Assembly (NCBI GenBank): GCA_043822065.1
Contig: JBDRCC010000021.1
Coordinates: 32,001-96,000 of the forward strand
Origin: an archaeon
GTDB lineage: Archaea; Undinarchaeota; CAZHTU01; JBDRCC01
DNA: 64,000 nucleotides
Reading direction: 5' to 3'
This document shows positions 45,896-54,982 of this stretch, piece after piece. Position numbers and translations under genes: made by a program. The first letter of the stretch is position 1. Every line of letters begins with the position of its first letter. The notes under the pieces were generated by a model that ran no database searches, was not told the origin of the DNA, and saw nothing but the letters and a program-made list of their open reading frames with translations.

Positions 45896-47365
45896 CTATG
45901 TGCTTGCGCTCGACAGGTAGAGGTTTGTTATGGTCCCGCTTGCCGACTTGCCCTGGTAGGTGAACCCTATCGTCAGGGTCGCTGGGTCAGTCGTCGAATA
46001 AATCGATGACGTGCTCGCCGGCCAGCCCTCTCCCTGCGGGAAGTCGAGGTATATCAGGAACGGGCCGAGATTATCGGCGTTTATATCTGGCGATGCTGTA
46101 CTCAATACATCATCAGCCTCAAGAACTTTGTGCACCGTAAGCGGGTAGCTCTTGGTGTTCTCGTTCCTTATGCTTGCAGACCAGATGCCCGTGTTGCTGA
46201 ATGTCTCATTGCTCGTTATGCCGTTGAAGCTGGCGTGCGCAACGACTACGAGGTATTCGTCCGTGTCCTGTATCTGCCAGGCGGTCGTGCTTGTGCCGTC
46301 AACGTTTATGGGCGCAGCGCCGTCCATCCTCTTCGCCATGAAGTTAAAATTGTACGGCGTTCCGGCAACCTTTATGCTCTTGACATACCCGGTGCCGCCT
46401 GCGTACAGGTCCACAGCGTCGTCCTTCCCGAGGTTGAGCTCGGTGTAGGTGGAGATTGCCTCAACCATCACGGTTGCTTCGCTCTCCTGGAAGTACCTGT
46501 ACCTGACGTTTGCGACCATCGGGAACCTTGTCTCCCTTATCGGCGCGTCAACCAGGCTGAACTTGCAGCTGAGCGTCTTCTGCCCGTTGATGAGCTTCAG
46601 GTCCTCTGCGAGGAGAACCCTGCTCGCGTCATCATAGTCGAAGTCGCAGTCCGCGGTCGGCTCGAAGTCGCTTGACAAGTCGCTGATGTCTACCCTTATG
46701 GAGTCTATGACATCAAGGTCGCCGTCAATGCTCTTTATTATCCCGTCGCCGTCGTTCCTTATGGTGAACCTGACGCTTGTCGCGCCGTCGCCCTCAGGGT
46801 CTGCCCTGAGCGGGTTCTGCGCTATCACCGACACGGAAATCGGGGCGTTCGAGCACTGGACGCCGGCGTCTATTGCCGTATCGCCGCTCTTCTGCCTCTG
46901 CCTCCATTCGTCATTCGGTATGAAGACTACGTCGGCCTGGCCGGATGAAACATAATCATAGCTGAGCCTTGCCTTGACATTTATAGTCTGGGACTCAAGC
47001 GTGCCAAGGTCTGCTGGGGCCTTAAGCTCCCACTCAGTCACCGCTGGCGCCTCTATTCCCTCGACATGCTCCTCAAGGTCTCCAAGGCTCTGGACTAGGC
47101 TTTCGCCCGCCTTTTTAGTGAGACCTCCAAGGCTTGTTATCTCAGCCTCTGTGCCTGTTGCTTGGGCGTCGCCCATGTTCTCAACTTTCATCAAAAATAC
47201 AATGTCTTCCCCAACGAGGATGCTTGGTACATCCGGCTGGAAAAGCTGTATCACTACCCCGCTGACATCGTCGGGCGTGCAGGTGCCCATGGCGTCTCCG
47301 CCACCGCCTCCGCTTATGCACCCGAGTGCGAGAAGGGGCAATAACAGTACTAGATATCTCTTCAT
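45896..47365 (-). CDS. secreted acidic lipoprotein with Ig/CARDB-like domains
   Basis: MKRYLVLLLPLLALGC lipobox, KVENMGD and FTIRNDGDG; GGAGG SD. Confidence 0.75.
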   Translation of the reverse strand: MKRYLVLLLPLLALGCISGGGGGDAMGTCTPDDVSGVVIQLFQPDVPSILVGEDIVFLMKVENMGDAQATGTEAEITSLGGLTKKAGESLVQSLGDLEEHVEGIEAPAVTEWELKAPADLGTLESQTINVKARLSYDYVSSGQADVVFIPNDEWRQRQKSGDTAIDAGVQCSNAPISVSVIAQNPLRADPEGDGATSVRFTIRNDGDGIIKSIDGDLDVIDSIRVDISDLSSDFEPTADCDFDYDDASRVLLAEDLKLINGQKTLSCKFSLVDAPIRETRFPMVANVRYRYFQESEATVMVEAISTYTELNLGKDDAVDLYAGGTGYVKSIKVAGTPYNFNFMAKRMDGAAPINVDGTSTTAWQIQDTDEYLVVVAHASFNGITSNETFSNTGIWSASIRNENTKSYPLTVHKVLEADDVLSTASPDINADNLGPFLIYLDFPQGEGWPASTSSIYSTTDPATLTIGFTYQGKSASGTITNLYLSSAST

Positions 47366-47451
47366 TTATATGCCTCCTTTAAAGGATAGTAGCAGTTTTC
47401 GCGCTTCCTCTATTTAAAGGTTTTTATATTAGGAAACCCTTTCTCTTGGGC

Positions 47452-47829
47452 ATGGAACCTGAGGAAATGCCAGAGGGGATACCTGGCGGGGACGAAGAGC
47501 CAATAGTCCCCTCATTAGATACCGCGAAAAAGTCACTTATTAAGTCAGGCCTCGGCTGGAAGCTCGGGGTGGTCGTGGTCGCAGTAATCCTAGCAGTTAT
47601 TATGATTCGGTTCTTCCCGAAAGCGGAGGATACCACCAGCTTTGTCGACAGCCAGACCGAGGGCGTGGTTGACACTGAAACCCGGTTTGTCTCCTCATGC
47701 CAGGGCTCAGCCTGGTTCACAAGCGGCTGCAAGGGCCCTCCGTCGGATGACGTAATCGCATCTGCAGAGGGGAACATAGGAACGACAGACGAAGCGACAA
47801 TCAGGCGCCTTTGCCAGTGCTGGAGTTAA
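47452..47829 (+). CDS. single-TM protein with extracellular Cys domain
   Basis: TM LGVVVVAVILAVIMIRFF and C-terminal C..C...CQC. Confidence 0.6.
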   Translation: MEPEEMPEGIPGGDEEPIVPSLDTAKKSLIKSGLGWKLGVVVVAVILAVIMIRFFPKAEDTTSFVDSQTEGVVDTETRFVSSCQGSAWFTSGCKGPPSDDVIASAEGNIGTTDEATIRRLCQCWS

Positions 47830-48062
47830 ACCTTCTTCAGAAACCTAACGATTTCTTCCCTTTTCTTAATGGTCCAGTATACCGGCTTGCCGACTCCGAG
47901 CTTGTTCATTACAACAAAGCCCTCGTCGAGCAGCTTCCTAAGGTACTTGTTGGCCGTAGTCGTAGCCATGTGCGCATGCCTTGCAATCTGGGCAGTGTGC
48001 GCAATTCCCTCCTTCATGAGGTATTCTAGTATTTTTACCATCCAAGGGTCGTGCTCTATCAT
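47826..48062 (-). CDS. winged helix-turn-helix regulator
   Basis: TAQIARHAHMATTTANKYLRKLLDEGFV; GAGGTGA SD. Confidence 0.85.
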   Translation of the reverse strand: MIEHDPWMVKILEYLMKEGIAHTAQIARHAHMATTTANKYLRKLLDEGFVVMNKLGVGKPVYWTIKKREEIVRFLKKV

Positions 48063-48188
48063 CTTTCACCTCAACAAACCAATGCTCCCTCTGCGTGGAA
48101 ACCCAATCCATCAGAAGGGAGGTATTTTTATGTGCCGAGCCATTTATAAATCTTTCTATTTCCGCCCAACCTTTATTTCCAGTCGAGA

Positions 48189-48494
48189 CTATTCAGCTAA
48201 ATATGCCTGGGCGTGCGGCACTCCGCATATCCTGAAAACACCCTCCGGCTTGACCAAGCCGAGCTCAATCCCTATCGCGACAGCCTTCTCGCCGACGAGG
48301 TTAATCGAATCCGCGTCCCGGAGCCTCACCCTGACCTGCTCGGGGGTAGCCCTCTCGCCGCGGTAGAACGAAGCATGCGCCTTGAGGTCAAGAATCCGTC
48401 CTGTCTCATCGTCCTCGAACACCTTGTCTATGCAGTCGCAGTCGCATACCGCGACGATGACCTTCCTGTCCGCGCGCATGACCTTCATGTACAT
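48189..48494 (-). CDS. DUF424 family protein
   Basis: VAVCD, FYRGE, INLVGE and GVPHAQ. Confidence 0.9.
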   Translation of the reverse strand: MYMKVMRADRKVIVAVCDCDCIDKVFEDDETGRILDLKAHASFYRGERATPEQVRVRLRDADSINLVGEKAVAIGIELGLVKPEGVFRICGVPHAQAYLAE

Positions 48495-48524
48495 AACCAG
48501 AATTTCTCCGCGCGCTTAATATAA

Positions 48525-49409
48525 TTATCCGATTAGGTATACCCCGCCCAGTATCAGCAGGGTTGCCACGAGCTTTATCCAGAATGACCCTCCGCTCGAA
48601 TCCTCTTTGACGATCTGCGGCATCACCTTACCCAACACAGTCGTATAAAACAGGACAAACAGCGGCTGCACTGAGACCAGCCCCACGACAAGTGACACAA
48701 GGCCGCCTGTCAGCGCACGGATATACATCAGCCAACCCACAAATGCTATTGAAAACGAGGAAAAGACAAGAAGGACCGGCTTTGGGCCAGACACATCCCC
48801 CCTAAAATCATCCCTATAACTCTTCTTAGCCCAGAGCGACAGCCCTGCCAAGCCAGCCCCCAAGTAAACTGCACTTATTATCAGGACGTAGTCCGCCAGC
48901 CCGGTCGCCCACTTTGTCCAGACATCTATAATCGCCCATATGAACCCTGCGAGCACCATCATCAACGCAGCGTCGCTTCTCTTCAAAATCCCTGAAACCT
49001 TTCTGAAGCTTATCAGGACGGCGCCTGCAATCACCATAATGACGCCAGCATAGCCCTGCGCCCCCGCCCGCTCCCCGAGCAAAAGCGCGGCAAGTATGAG
49101 CACAAAAATCGGAGCGACGTATATCATGGGCACAACCCGCGACGCCTCCTCGACTTTCAGCCCCTTGAAGTACAGCATTACTGCAAAGAAGTTCAGCGCC
49201 CCGATAATTAAGCCCCCGTAAAGGATATTCCTCGGCAGGCTGCCTCCCTGAAACGCCCACACTGCGGCGCCGAATATCAGGTTTAGGGGCGCACCAAGCA
49301 TGATGACCGACAGCGGGTTCCTTATGTGCCTGTCTATGATATTCTTGTCAATAACATTCCCTACCGCCCATACGGCGCCCGCAGCTATCGCAAGCCAGTA
49401 CCATAACAT
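48525..49409 (-). CDS. EamA/DMT family transporter
   Basis: Two EamA repeats; EASRVVP...LLGER. Confidence 0.92.
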   Translation of the reverse strand: MLWYWLAIAAGAVWAVGNVIDKNIIDRHIRNPLSVIMLGAPLNLIFGAAVWAFQGGSLPRNILYGGLIIGALNFFAVMLYFKGLKVEEASRVVPMIYVAPIFVLILAALLLGERAGAQGYAGVIMVIAGAVLISFRKVSGILKRSDAALMMVLAGFIWAIIDVWTKWATGLADYVLIISAVYLGAGLAGLSLWAKKSYRDDFRGDVSGPKPVLLVFSSFSIAFVGWLMYIRALTGGLVSLVVGLVSVQPLFVLFYTTVLGKVMPQIVKEDSSGGSFWIKLVATLLILGGVYLIG

Positions 49410-49443
49410 AACCCTTTTAATTCTCAGCCCGGTTTATATCAGT

Positions 49444-50391
49444 ATGCGAACCCTCTGGCTCGAAGACAGCAAACTGAAGATGGTCGACCAGACGCTTCTC
49501 CCGCACGAGAAGAAAATCATCGAATTGTCAACCGTCGAGCAGGTCGCAGCATCCATCAAGACCATGCAGGTCCGCGGCGCCCCGGCAATCGGCGTCGCAG
49601 GCGCGTACGGCATGGCAATTGCAAAGCTCACAGGCTGCGACCTGAAAAAAGCCGCAGCCCTCCTCACGTCCACCCGCCCCACCGCATACAATCTCTTTTA
49701 CGCTGTCGACCGCTGCCTCAAGTCCAAGGATCCTGTCAAGGAAGCGGCCCAGATAAACACGGAAGAGCTCGGCCGGTGCAAGAAAATCGGCGAAGTCGGC
49801 TCAAAGCTAATCAACGACGGCTGTAAAATCCTCACCCACTGCAACGCAGGCGCGCTTGCCTGCCCGGACTACGGCACCGCACTCGCTCCGGTCTACCACG
49901 CCCACGCTTCCGGCAAGAAAGTCCATGTCTACGCGGACGAGACCCGCCCCCGCCTTCAAGGGGCGAAGCTCACCTGCTTTGAACTAAAGGAGCATGGAGT
50001 CCCGTTCACCCTGATAACTGACAATATGGCCGCTTATCTCATGAAGACACAAAAAATTGACCTCGCCATCGTCGGTGCCGACAGGATAACTGCCAACGGC
50101 GACTTTGCAAACAAAATAGGCACGTACTCGCTAGCGATAAACGCCAGCTACCACAAGGTGCCGTTCTACGTCGCGGCGCCGTTCTCCACAATCGACTTCT
50201 CCCTGACGTCCGGCGACCAGATAAAAATAGAGGAGCGCCCGCCAGATGAAGTGAGAATCATCAACGGAAAGCCAATTTCGGTCGAGTGCAATGCCTGGAA
50301 CCCGTCATTCGACGTCACACCAGCCAAGCTCGCCGCCGGGATAATAACTGAAAAAGGGATTTTCAAGCCGTCCGGGCTACCGCAGGAATAG
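49444..50391 (+). CDS. mtnA: S-methyl-5-thioribose-1-phosphate isomerase
   Basis: DQTLLP, VRGAPAIG, RPTA, THCNAG, ETRPRLQG, GADRI and NKIGTY. Confidence 0.93.
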   Translation: MRTLWLEDSKLKMVDQTLLPHEKKIIELSTVEQVAASIKTMQVRGAPAIGVAGAYGMAIAKLTGCDLKKAAALLTSTRPTAYNLFYAVDRCLKSKDPVKEAAQINTEELGRCKKIGEVGSKLINDGCKILTHCNAGALACPDYGTALAPVYHAHASGKKVHVYADETRPRLQGAKLTCFELKEHGVPFTLITDNMAAYLMKTQKIDLAIVGADRITANGDFANKIGTYSLAINASYHKVPFYVAAPFSTIDFSLTSGDQIKIEERPPDEVRIINGKPISVECNAWNPSFDVTPAKLAAGIITEKGIFKPSGLPQE

Positions 50392-50919
50392 CAGGACCAG
50401 AGTCAGGGCAAAATAAATCACGAACAGGGTCTCGTCCCCGTACATCTTCTTCATTGAATGGGCAAGCACGTACAGGTAGCCGATAAAGCCGAGTATTATG
50501 CTCCCAAAGAATATCACGAAGTTGGCAAGGTTGTAGCCCATAAGGTACACAAAAGATGCAACCACCGTCGTTGCAACACTCACAAAGAGCATCGGCCCGA
50601 AAGAATACCCAACTATCTTGAATATCTGCCGCGGCTCCTCCTTGTATCCGGCGACCTTCGCTGCAACCACCAACACAGCCCAGGAGTACACCCAGAACCC
50701 GCCGAGGGAAATAAAGCCCATGAATATGACGCTAGGGAGGATGAGCGTCCAGTTGGGCATGTAGATTACCGGGATGATAAAAGCGCTCGGGAGAAGCAGG
50801 AATATGCTGGCGAGTATCCATATCAGCAAAGGGACGTGCACACTTTCCTTGGAGTACTTGACCGCCTTCTCTGGCTCCCGTATCAGCTCCATAATCAGCC
50901 CATATGTCTTTCTTAGCAT
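50377..50919 (-). CDS. YIP1-like membrane protein
   Basis: ELIREPEKA...FKIVGYSFGP; five TM segments. Confidence 0.7.
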   Translation of the reverse strand: MLRKTYGLIMELIREPEKAVKYSKESVHVPLLIWILASIFLLLPSAFIIPVIYMPNWTLILPSVIFMGFISLGGFWVYSWAVLVVAAKVAGYKEEPRQIFKIVGYSFGPMLFVSVATTVVASFVYLMGYNLANFVIFFGSIILGFIGYLYVLAHSMKKMYGDETLFVIYFALTLVLLFLR

Positions 50920-50998
50920 AATACAGGTAAATCTGCCGTCCTATATAAAACTTGACAATACAGTAAAGCTTATACATTAGGCAGACTAGATTAATCTG

Positions 50999-52210
50999 AT
51001 GCTTGAGCTCTTCGAATACATAACGAGGACAACTGCCGCGGCAGGCTTCTCCATCCTGTTCGGCGCGGTCGTCTGGCGGCTGAAGATGACCTACCACGAC
51101 CCGGACGAAGATCTCCACGAAAACGCGCTCAAGCTGTTCAAGGGAGTCTCCTACGGTGGGTTCAAGCTTTTCCTCCTCTACTTTCTCATCATGCCGCTGG
51201 TCCCAGAGCTGCCCCTCTCGGCAAAGATGCAGGACTTCCTCCACATCCTCTTCATAGGGCTCGTCTTCATACTCGGCGTCGAGCTTTTCGCCTATGCGTT
51301 CACCCACTTTGCGAAATACGAGAAGGAGATTTACGCTCTCGGCATAATCGGCGGGATAACCCGCTCTGAGGCCGTCACGGCGCAGTTCATGGACGAGGTC
51401 AAGGCAAACCCGTCCGTAATCCCGGAGGCGGTTGACGTTGTCCTAATCGCCTCGACTGTCATGTTCTACAGGAACGCCCTCCTAATCCTCGCAGCAAGCA
51501 TCCCACTTTTCTATAAGACTGCAATTCCCCTCTTCGCTATGGCGATCGTCTCAACAATCCTCGTCAAGCGGAGCGTCAGCAGCTCGGAAAAGCAGGACAT
51601 CAAGCTGAAAGCCGTCTCGCTTAGGACAGCCTTCAAGATTGTCGTCTTCTTCGCAATAGTCACAGCCGCAATAGACTTCGCTGCAAAATACGGCAGCCTC
51701 GGCCTCTACGCGATAGCCGCAGTCGGCGCCCTCGGGGGTGCCCTCCCTGTGGTCTTCTCGACCCTGACCATGCTCCGCGTCGAAACTATTTCCCTCGACA
51801 CCGCCGCCCTGATGATTTTAATAGCCACAATAGTCGCATACGTGAATGACATTCCGATGCTTTACATCTTCAAGCAGAAGGAGTTCGCGAAAAGCCTCCT
51901 GAAGGAGCAGTGGCTCCCGCCCCTCGTGGGCATCTTCACGATATACCTGATGATGCAGGGGCTGTCCATTGATTTGGGGTTTTTGGACATACTTTTCCTC
52001 ATCCCGCCGCTTTACACCGGGGTTGCCGCAGCCGCCCTGGCGGCAGCCTTCGTGACCGTCCTCTACTACCGCAGGCGAAGAACTATCCTACGGCAGCCCC
52101 TCCCACCGCCGAAGCCGTATCGTATTCCCCCAAAGCCGGCGAAGAAGCCGCCGGAGCCAGACGAGAAGCCGAAGGGGCCGGACTTCAAGCCGAAGATAGA
52201 TTCTGACTAA
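50999..52210 (+). CDS. DUF4010-like membrane protein with Pro/Lys-rich C-terminal tail
   Basis: LGIIGGITRSEAVT and ASTVMFYRN; tail PLPPPKPYRIPPKPAKKPPEP. Confidence 0.6.
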   Translation: MLELFEYITRTTAAAGFSILFGAVVWRLKMTYHDPDEDLHENALKLFKGVSYGGFKLFLLYFLIMPLVPELPLSAKMQDFLHILFIGLVFILGVELFAYAFTHFAKYEKEIYALGIIGGITRSEAVTAQFMDEVKANPSVIPEAVDVVLIASTVMFYRNALLILAASIPLFYKTAIPLFAMAIVSTILVKRSVSSSEKQDIKLKAVSLRTAFKIVVFFAIVTAAIDFAAKYGSLGLYAIAAVGALGGALPVVFSTLTMLRVETISLDTAALMILIATIVAYVNDIPMLYIFKQKEFAKSLLKEQWLPPLVGIFTIYLMMQGLSIDLGFLDILFLIPPLYTGVAAAALAAAFVTVLYYRRRRTILRQPLPPPKPYRIPPKPAKKPPEPDEKPKGPDFKPKIDSD

Positions 52211-52236
52211 TACCGGCATGCCACTGTCAAGCAAAC

Positions 52237-52244
52237 TTTATAAA
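52237..52244 (+). promoter_or_regulatory. TATA box (TTTATAAA) of rpa, leaderless geometry
   Basis: Preceded by GCAAAC (BRE-like), with the ATG 24 nt downstream. Confidence 0.65.
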
Positions 52245-52267
52245 TCTGCAAGATAACCCTTTATCTA

Positions 52268-53611
52268 ATGGACGACCTAAGCGCAATCCTAGAACAGCTA
52301 TCGAAGGAGGCAGGCAAGAGCGAAGCCGAAATCAAGAAGCTCATTTCCAAAAAGCAGAAGGAGCTGTCCGGCCTGGTCTCAGACGTCGGCGCCGCGCACA
52401 TAGTCGCGAGCGAGCTCGGAATCCTGCTTGAGTCCAAGCCCTCCGAGCAGTCCCGCTTCAAAATCCACGACCTCATCCAGGGCATGTCCTGCGTCGACAT
52501 TTTCGCCCGCGTCAGCGCCGTCTTCGAGCCAAGGGAGTTCAAGAAAAAGAGCGGCGAACAGAGCAAGGTCGCAAGCGTCGAGCTAACCGATGAAACCGGC
52601 AAAACCCGGCTCGTCCTATGGGGCGAGAACGCAGACCTCGTCAAAAAGCTCCACAAGAACGACGCAGTCCACGTCCACTCAGCATACGTCCGCACAAACC
52701 GCGGCGCCGTTGAAATCCACCTGGGCAGCCGGGGTTACCTCGACATCAACCCCGAGGACGCGCCAGAACTGCCCGAGGCCAAGGAGGCACTCCTCAAAAT
52801 CTCTCACTTAACTCCGGGCGCCAGCTCGGTTGACATGCTCGCAAGGGTAATCCAGGTCTTCGGGACCAGGGGCTTTACCCGCCAGGACGGCGCCGAGGGC
52901 AAAGTGGCCACCATCATGCTCGGCGACGAGACAGGGACCATTCGCTGCTCTTGCTGGGACGACGCAGCAGACCGGGCGCAGAAGCTGACCCCGGGCGACC
53001 TCATCAAGCTAGAGAATGCCTACACCCGCGCCGGGCTCCAGGGCGTCGAGCTCCAGGTCGGGTGGAGGGGCAGGTTTTCGAAGGCGCCGAAGGCTTCAGC
53101 TCTCCCCCCTCTCAACAAGTTCCGCGAGACCTCAGAGCGCGCACGCATCAGCGCCCTCTCCCAGGGAGACCAGTACAAGGAGGTAAAGGCGGCAATCGTC
53201 GAAATATTCCCCGGCGAGGTAGTCTTTTCCTTCTGCCCTAACTGCAACAAGAAAGCCGACTCCAAATGCCCGGACTGCGGGGCGCAGCCGGAGCCGATAC
53301 TCATACTAAACGCGCTTCTTGACGACGGGACAGCCCAAATCCGCGGCGTCTTCTACCGCACCCAGGCTGAAAAGCTTCTCGGCTTCACTGCCAAGGAAGC
53401 GCTCAAGCTCAAGGCCAGCGGAAAGGATTTAGTATCAGAAGCTAGAAGGATACTCGGCACGGAGCTCCTCGTCTCCGGCAACGTAAAGCACAACGAGTAC
53501 TTCAGCTGCCTCGAGCTGGTCGCAAGGGAGGTAAGCCAGCCGAACCCGATAAAGGAGGCAGACATCATAATCACAAGGATTGAAAACCCAATCCCAGTGA
53601 TAATCAAATAG
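52268..53611 (+). CDS. rpa: replication protein A (multi-OB fold with Zn finger)
   Basis: LTDETGKTRLVLW, GDETGTIRCSCW, CPNC..CPDC and LDDGT. Confidence 0.92.
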   Translation: MDDLSAILEQLSKEAGKSEAEIKKLISKKQKELSGLVSDVGAAHIVASELGILLESKPSEQSRFKIHDLIQGMSCVDIFARVSAVFEPREFKKKSGEQSKVASVELTDETGKTRLVLWGENADLVKKLHKNDAVHVHSAYVRTNRGAVEIHLGSRGYLDINPEDAPELPEAKEALLKISHLTPGASSVDMLARVIQVFGTRGFTRQDGAEGKVATIMLGDETGTIRCSCWDDAADRAQKLTPGDLIKLENAYTRAGLQGVELQVGWRGRFSKAPKASALPPLNKFRETSERARISALSQGDQYKEVKAAIVEIFPGEVVFSFCPNCNKKADSKCPDCGAQPEPILILNALLDDGTAQIRGVFYRTQAEKLLGFTAKEALKLKASGKDLVSEARRILGTELLVSGNVKHNEYFSCLELVAREVSQPNPIKEADIIITRIENPIPVIIK

Positions 53612-53705
53612 CCGCCGCCCGGGGTACAGCCCCGGATACGGTCGGACGCGGCCCAGCCGCGCCCGCTGCGCGTGAACAGTAACTCACGCAAAAAGGAGGA
53701 AAAAA

Positions 53706-54641
53706 ATGTTAGACGACATAACCAGCCTCCCCGGCGTAGGGGAGCAGACAGCTGAAAAGCTTCGCGAACTCGGCTATGCAACAATTGACGTCATAGCCAC
53801 AGCCAACCCGGACGACTTTGTCGAAAACATCGGCATATCAGCCGAGAAGGCCAACAAGATGATAGCTGCCGCAAGGCAGATGTACGACGTCACCTTCGAG
53901 ACCGCAGACCTGCTTCTTGAGAAACGGAAGAGCGTCACCAAGCTCACCACCGGCTCAAAGAAGCTCGACGAGCTGCTCGCCGGCGGGGTTGAGACCAAGT
54001 CAATAACCGAGTCCTACGGCGCCTACGGCTCAGGCAAGTCCCAGATTTCAATGCAGCTTGCAGTCAACGTCCAGCTCCCGGTCGAGCAGGGCGGGCTTGA
54101 CGGCAAGGCAGTGATAATAGACTCAGAGGGCTCTTTCAGGCCTGAACGGGTGAAGCAGATGGCAGAATCCCTCGGCTTAGACTCGGACACAGTTCTGAAA
54201 AACATTTCCATAGCACGTGCATACACCTCGGACGAGCAGATGATGATTGCCGAGAAAGTCTATAACATGGCAAAGGACGGGGGCATAAAGCTCCTGGTCG
54301 TCGACTCGCTGACGGCTTTGTTCCGCTCGGAGTATACTGGCAGGGGAATGCTCGCCGAAAGGCAGCAGAAGCTGAACAGGCACCTCTCAATACTCCACAA
54401 GATTGCCGACGACTTCAACGTGGTCGTCTACGTCACGAACCAGGTCCATTCAAAGCCTGACATGTTCTTCGGAGACCCGACCGCCCCAGTCGGAGGGCAC
54501 ATCTTGGGCCATGCAGCGACCTTCAGGCTCTACCTCCGCAAGTCTAAGGGAAGCAAGAGGATTGCAAGGCTTGTCGACGCCCCGCACCTGCCTGACGGCG
54601 AGACAGTCTTCAGCGTCTCAGAAAAAGGCGTGCACGATTAG
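53706..54641 (+). CDS. radA: DNA repair and recombination protein RadA
   Basis: N-terminal HhH, GAYGSGKSQ, LVVDS, GRGMLAERQQKL and GGHILGH. Confidence 0.97.
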   Translation: MLDDITSLPGVGEQTAEKLRELGYATIDVIATANPDDFVENIGISAEKANKMIAAARQMYDVTFETADLLLEKRKSVTKLTTGSKKLDELLAGGVETKSITESYGAYGSGKSQISMQLAVNVQLPVEQGGLDGKAVIIDSEGSFRPERVKQMAESLGLDSDTVLKNISIARAYTSDEQMMIAEKVYNMAKDGGIKLLVVDSLTALFRSEYTGRGMLAERQQKLNRHLSILHKIADDFNVVVYVTNQVHSKPDMFFGDPTAPVGGHILGHAATFRLYLRKSKGSKRIARLVDAPHLPDGETVFSVSEKGVHD

Positions 54642-54645
54642 GGAT

Positions 54646-54690
54646 TAAGCCCCTCCTGCAGGGGCTTACTTCTTATTTTTTCTTTTTCCT
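54646..54690 (+). terminator. hairpin plus T-tract terminator after radA
   Basis: TAAGCCCCT-cctgc-AGGGGCTTA followed by CTTCTTATTTTTTCTTTTT. Confidence 0.65.
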
Positions 54691-54978
54691 CAGCCTCAGG
54701 TCTTCCCTTATCGCCTTGGGCATCTTCAGGTCCTTTTCCTCTTCAAGGAGGGTCTCCTCTTCCCTTTCCAGCCTCTCCTCCTCTCTCTCGAGCTTTTCCT
54801 CCTCTTTCTCAAGAACCTTTACGTCGTGCTCGAACTCCTTTACCTCTCTGAGCTCTGTCATGAGGTACAGCCTCAGGCGCCGGAGGTGGATGGTAAAAGC
54901 TATCAGGAAGACTACAATCAGCGACATGTACAGCGCCGCCAGCTCTACAAGTGGTATGTTTACTCCGAATACGTGCAT
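54673..54978 (-). CDS. N-terminal TM plus acidic coiled-coil protein
   Basis: Paralog of 57142-57441; LEREEE repeats and a basic tail. Confidence 0.7.
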   Translation of the reverse strand: MHVFGVNIPLVELAALYMSLIVVFLIAFTIHLRRLRLYLMTELREVKEFEHDVKVLEKEEEKLEREEERLEREEETLLEEEKDLKMPKAIREDLRLRKKKK

Positions 54979-54982
54979 GCTC

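Noticed and set aside
54750-54815. Pyrimidine-rich tandem pattern
   Set aside because: It is explained by the LEREEE coiled-coil coding repeats on the minus strand.
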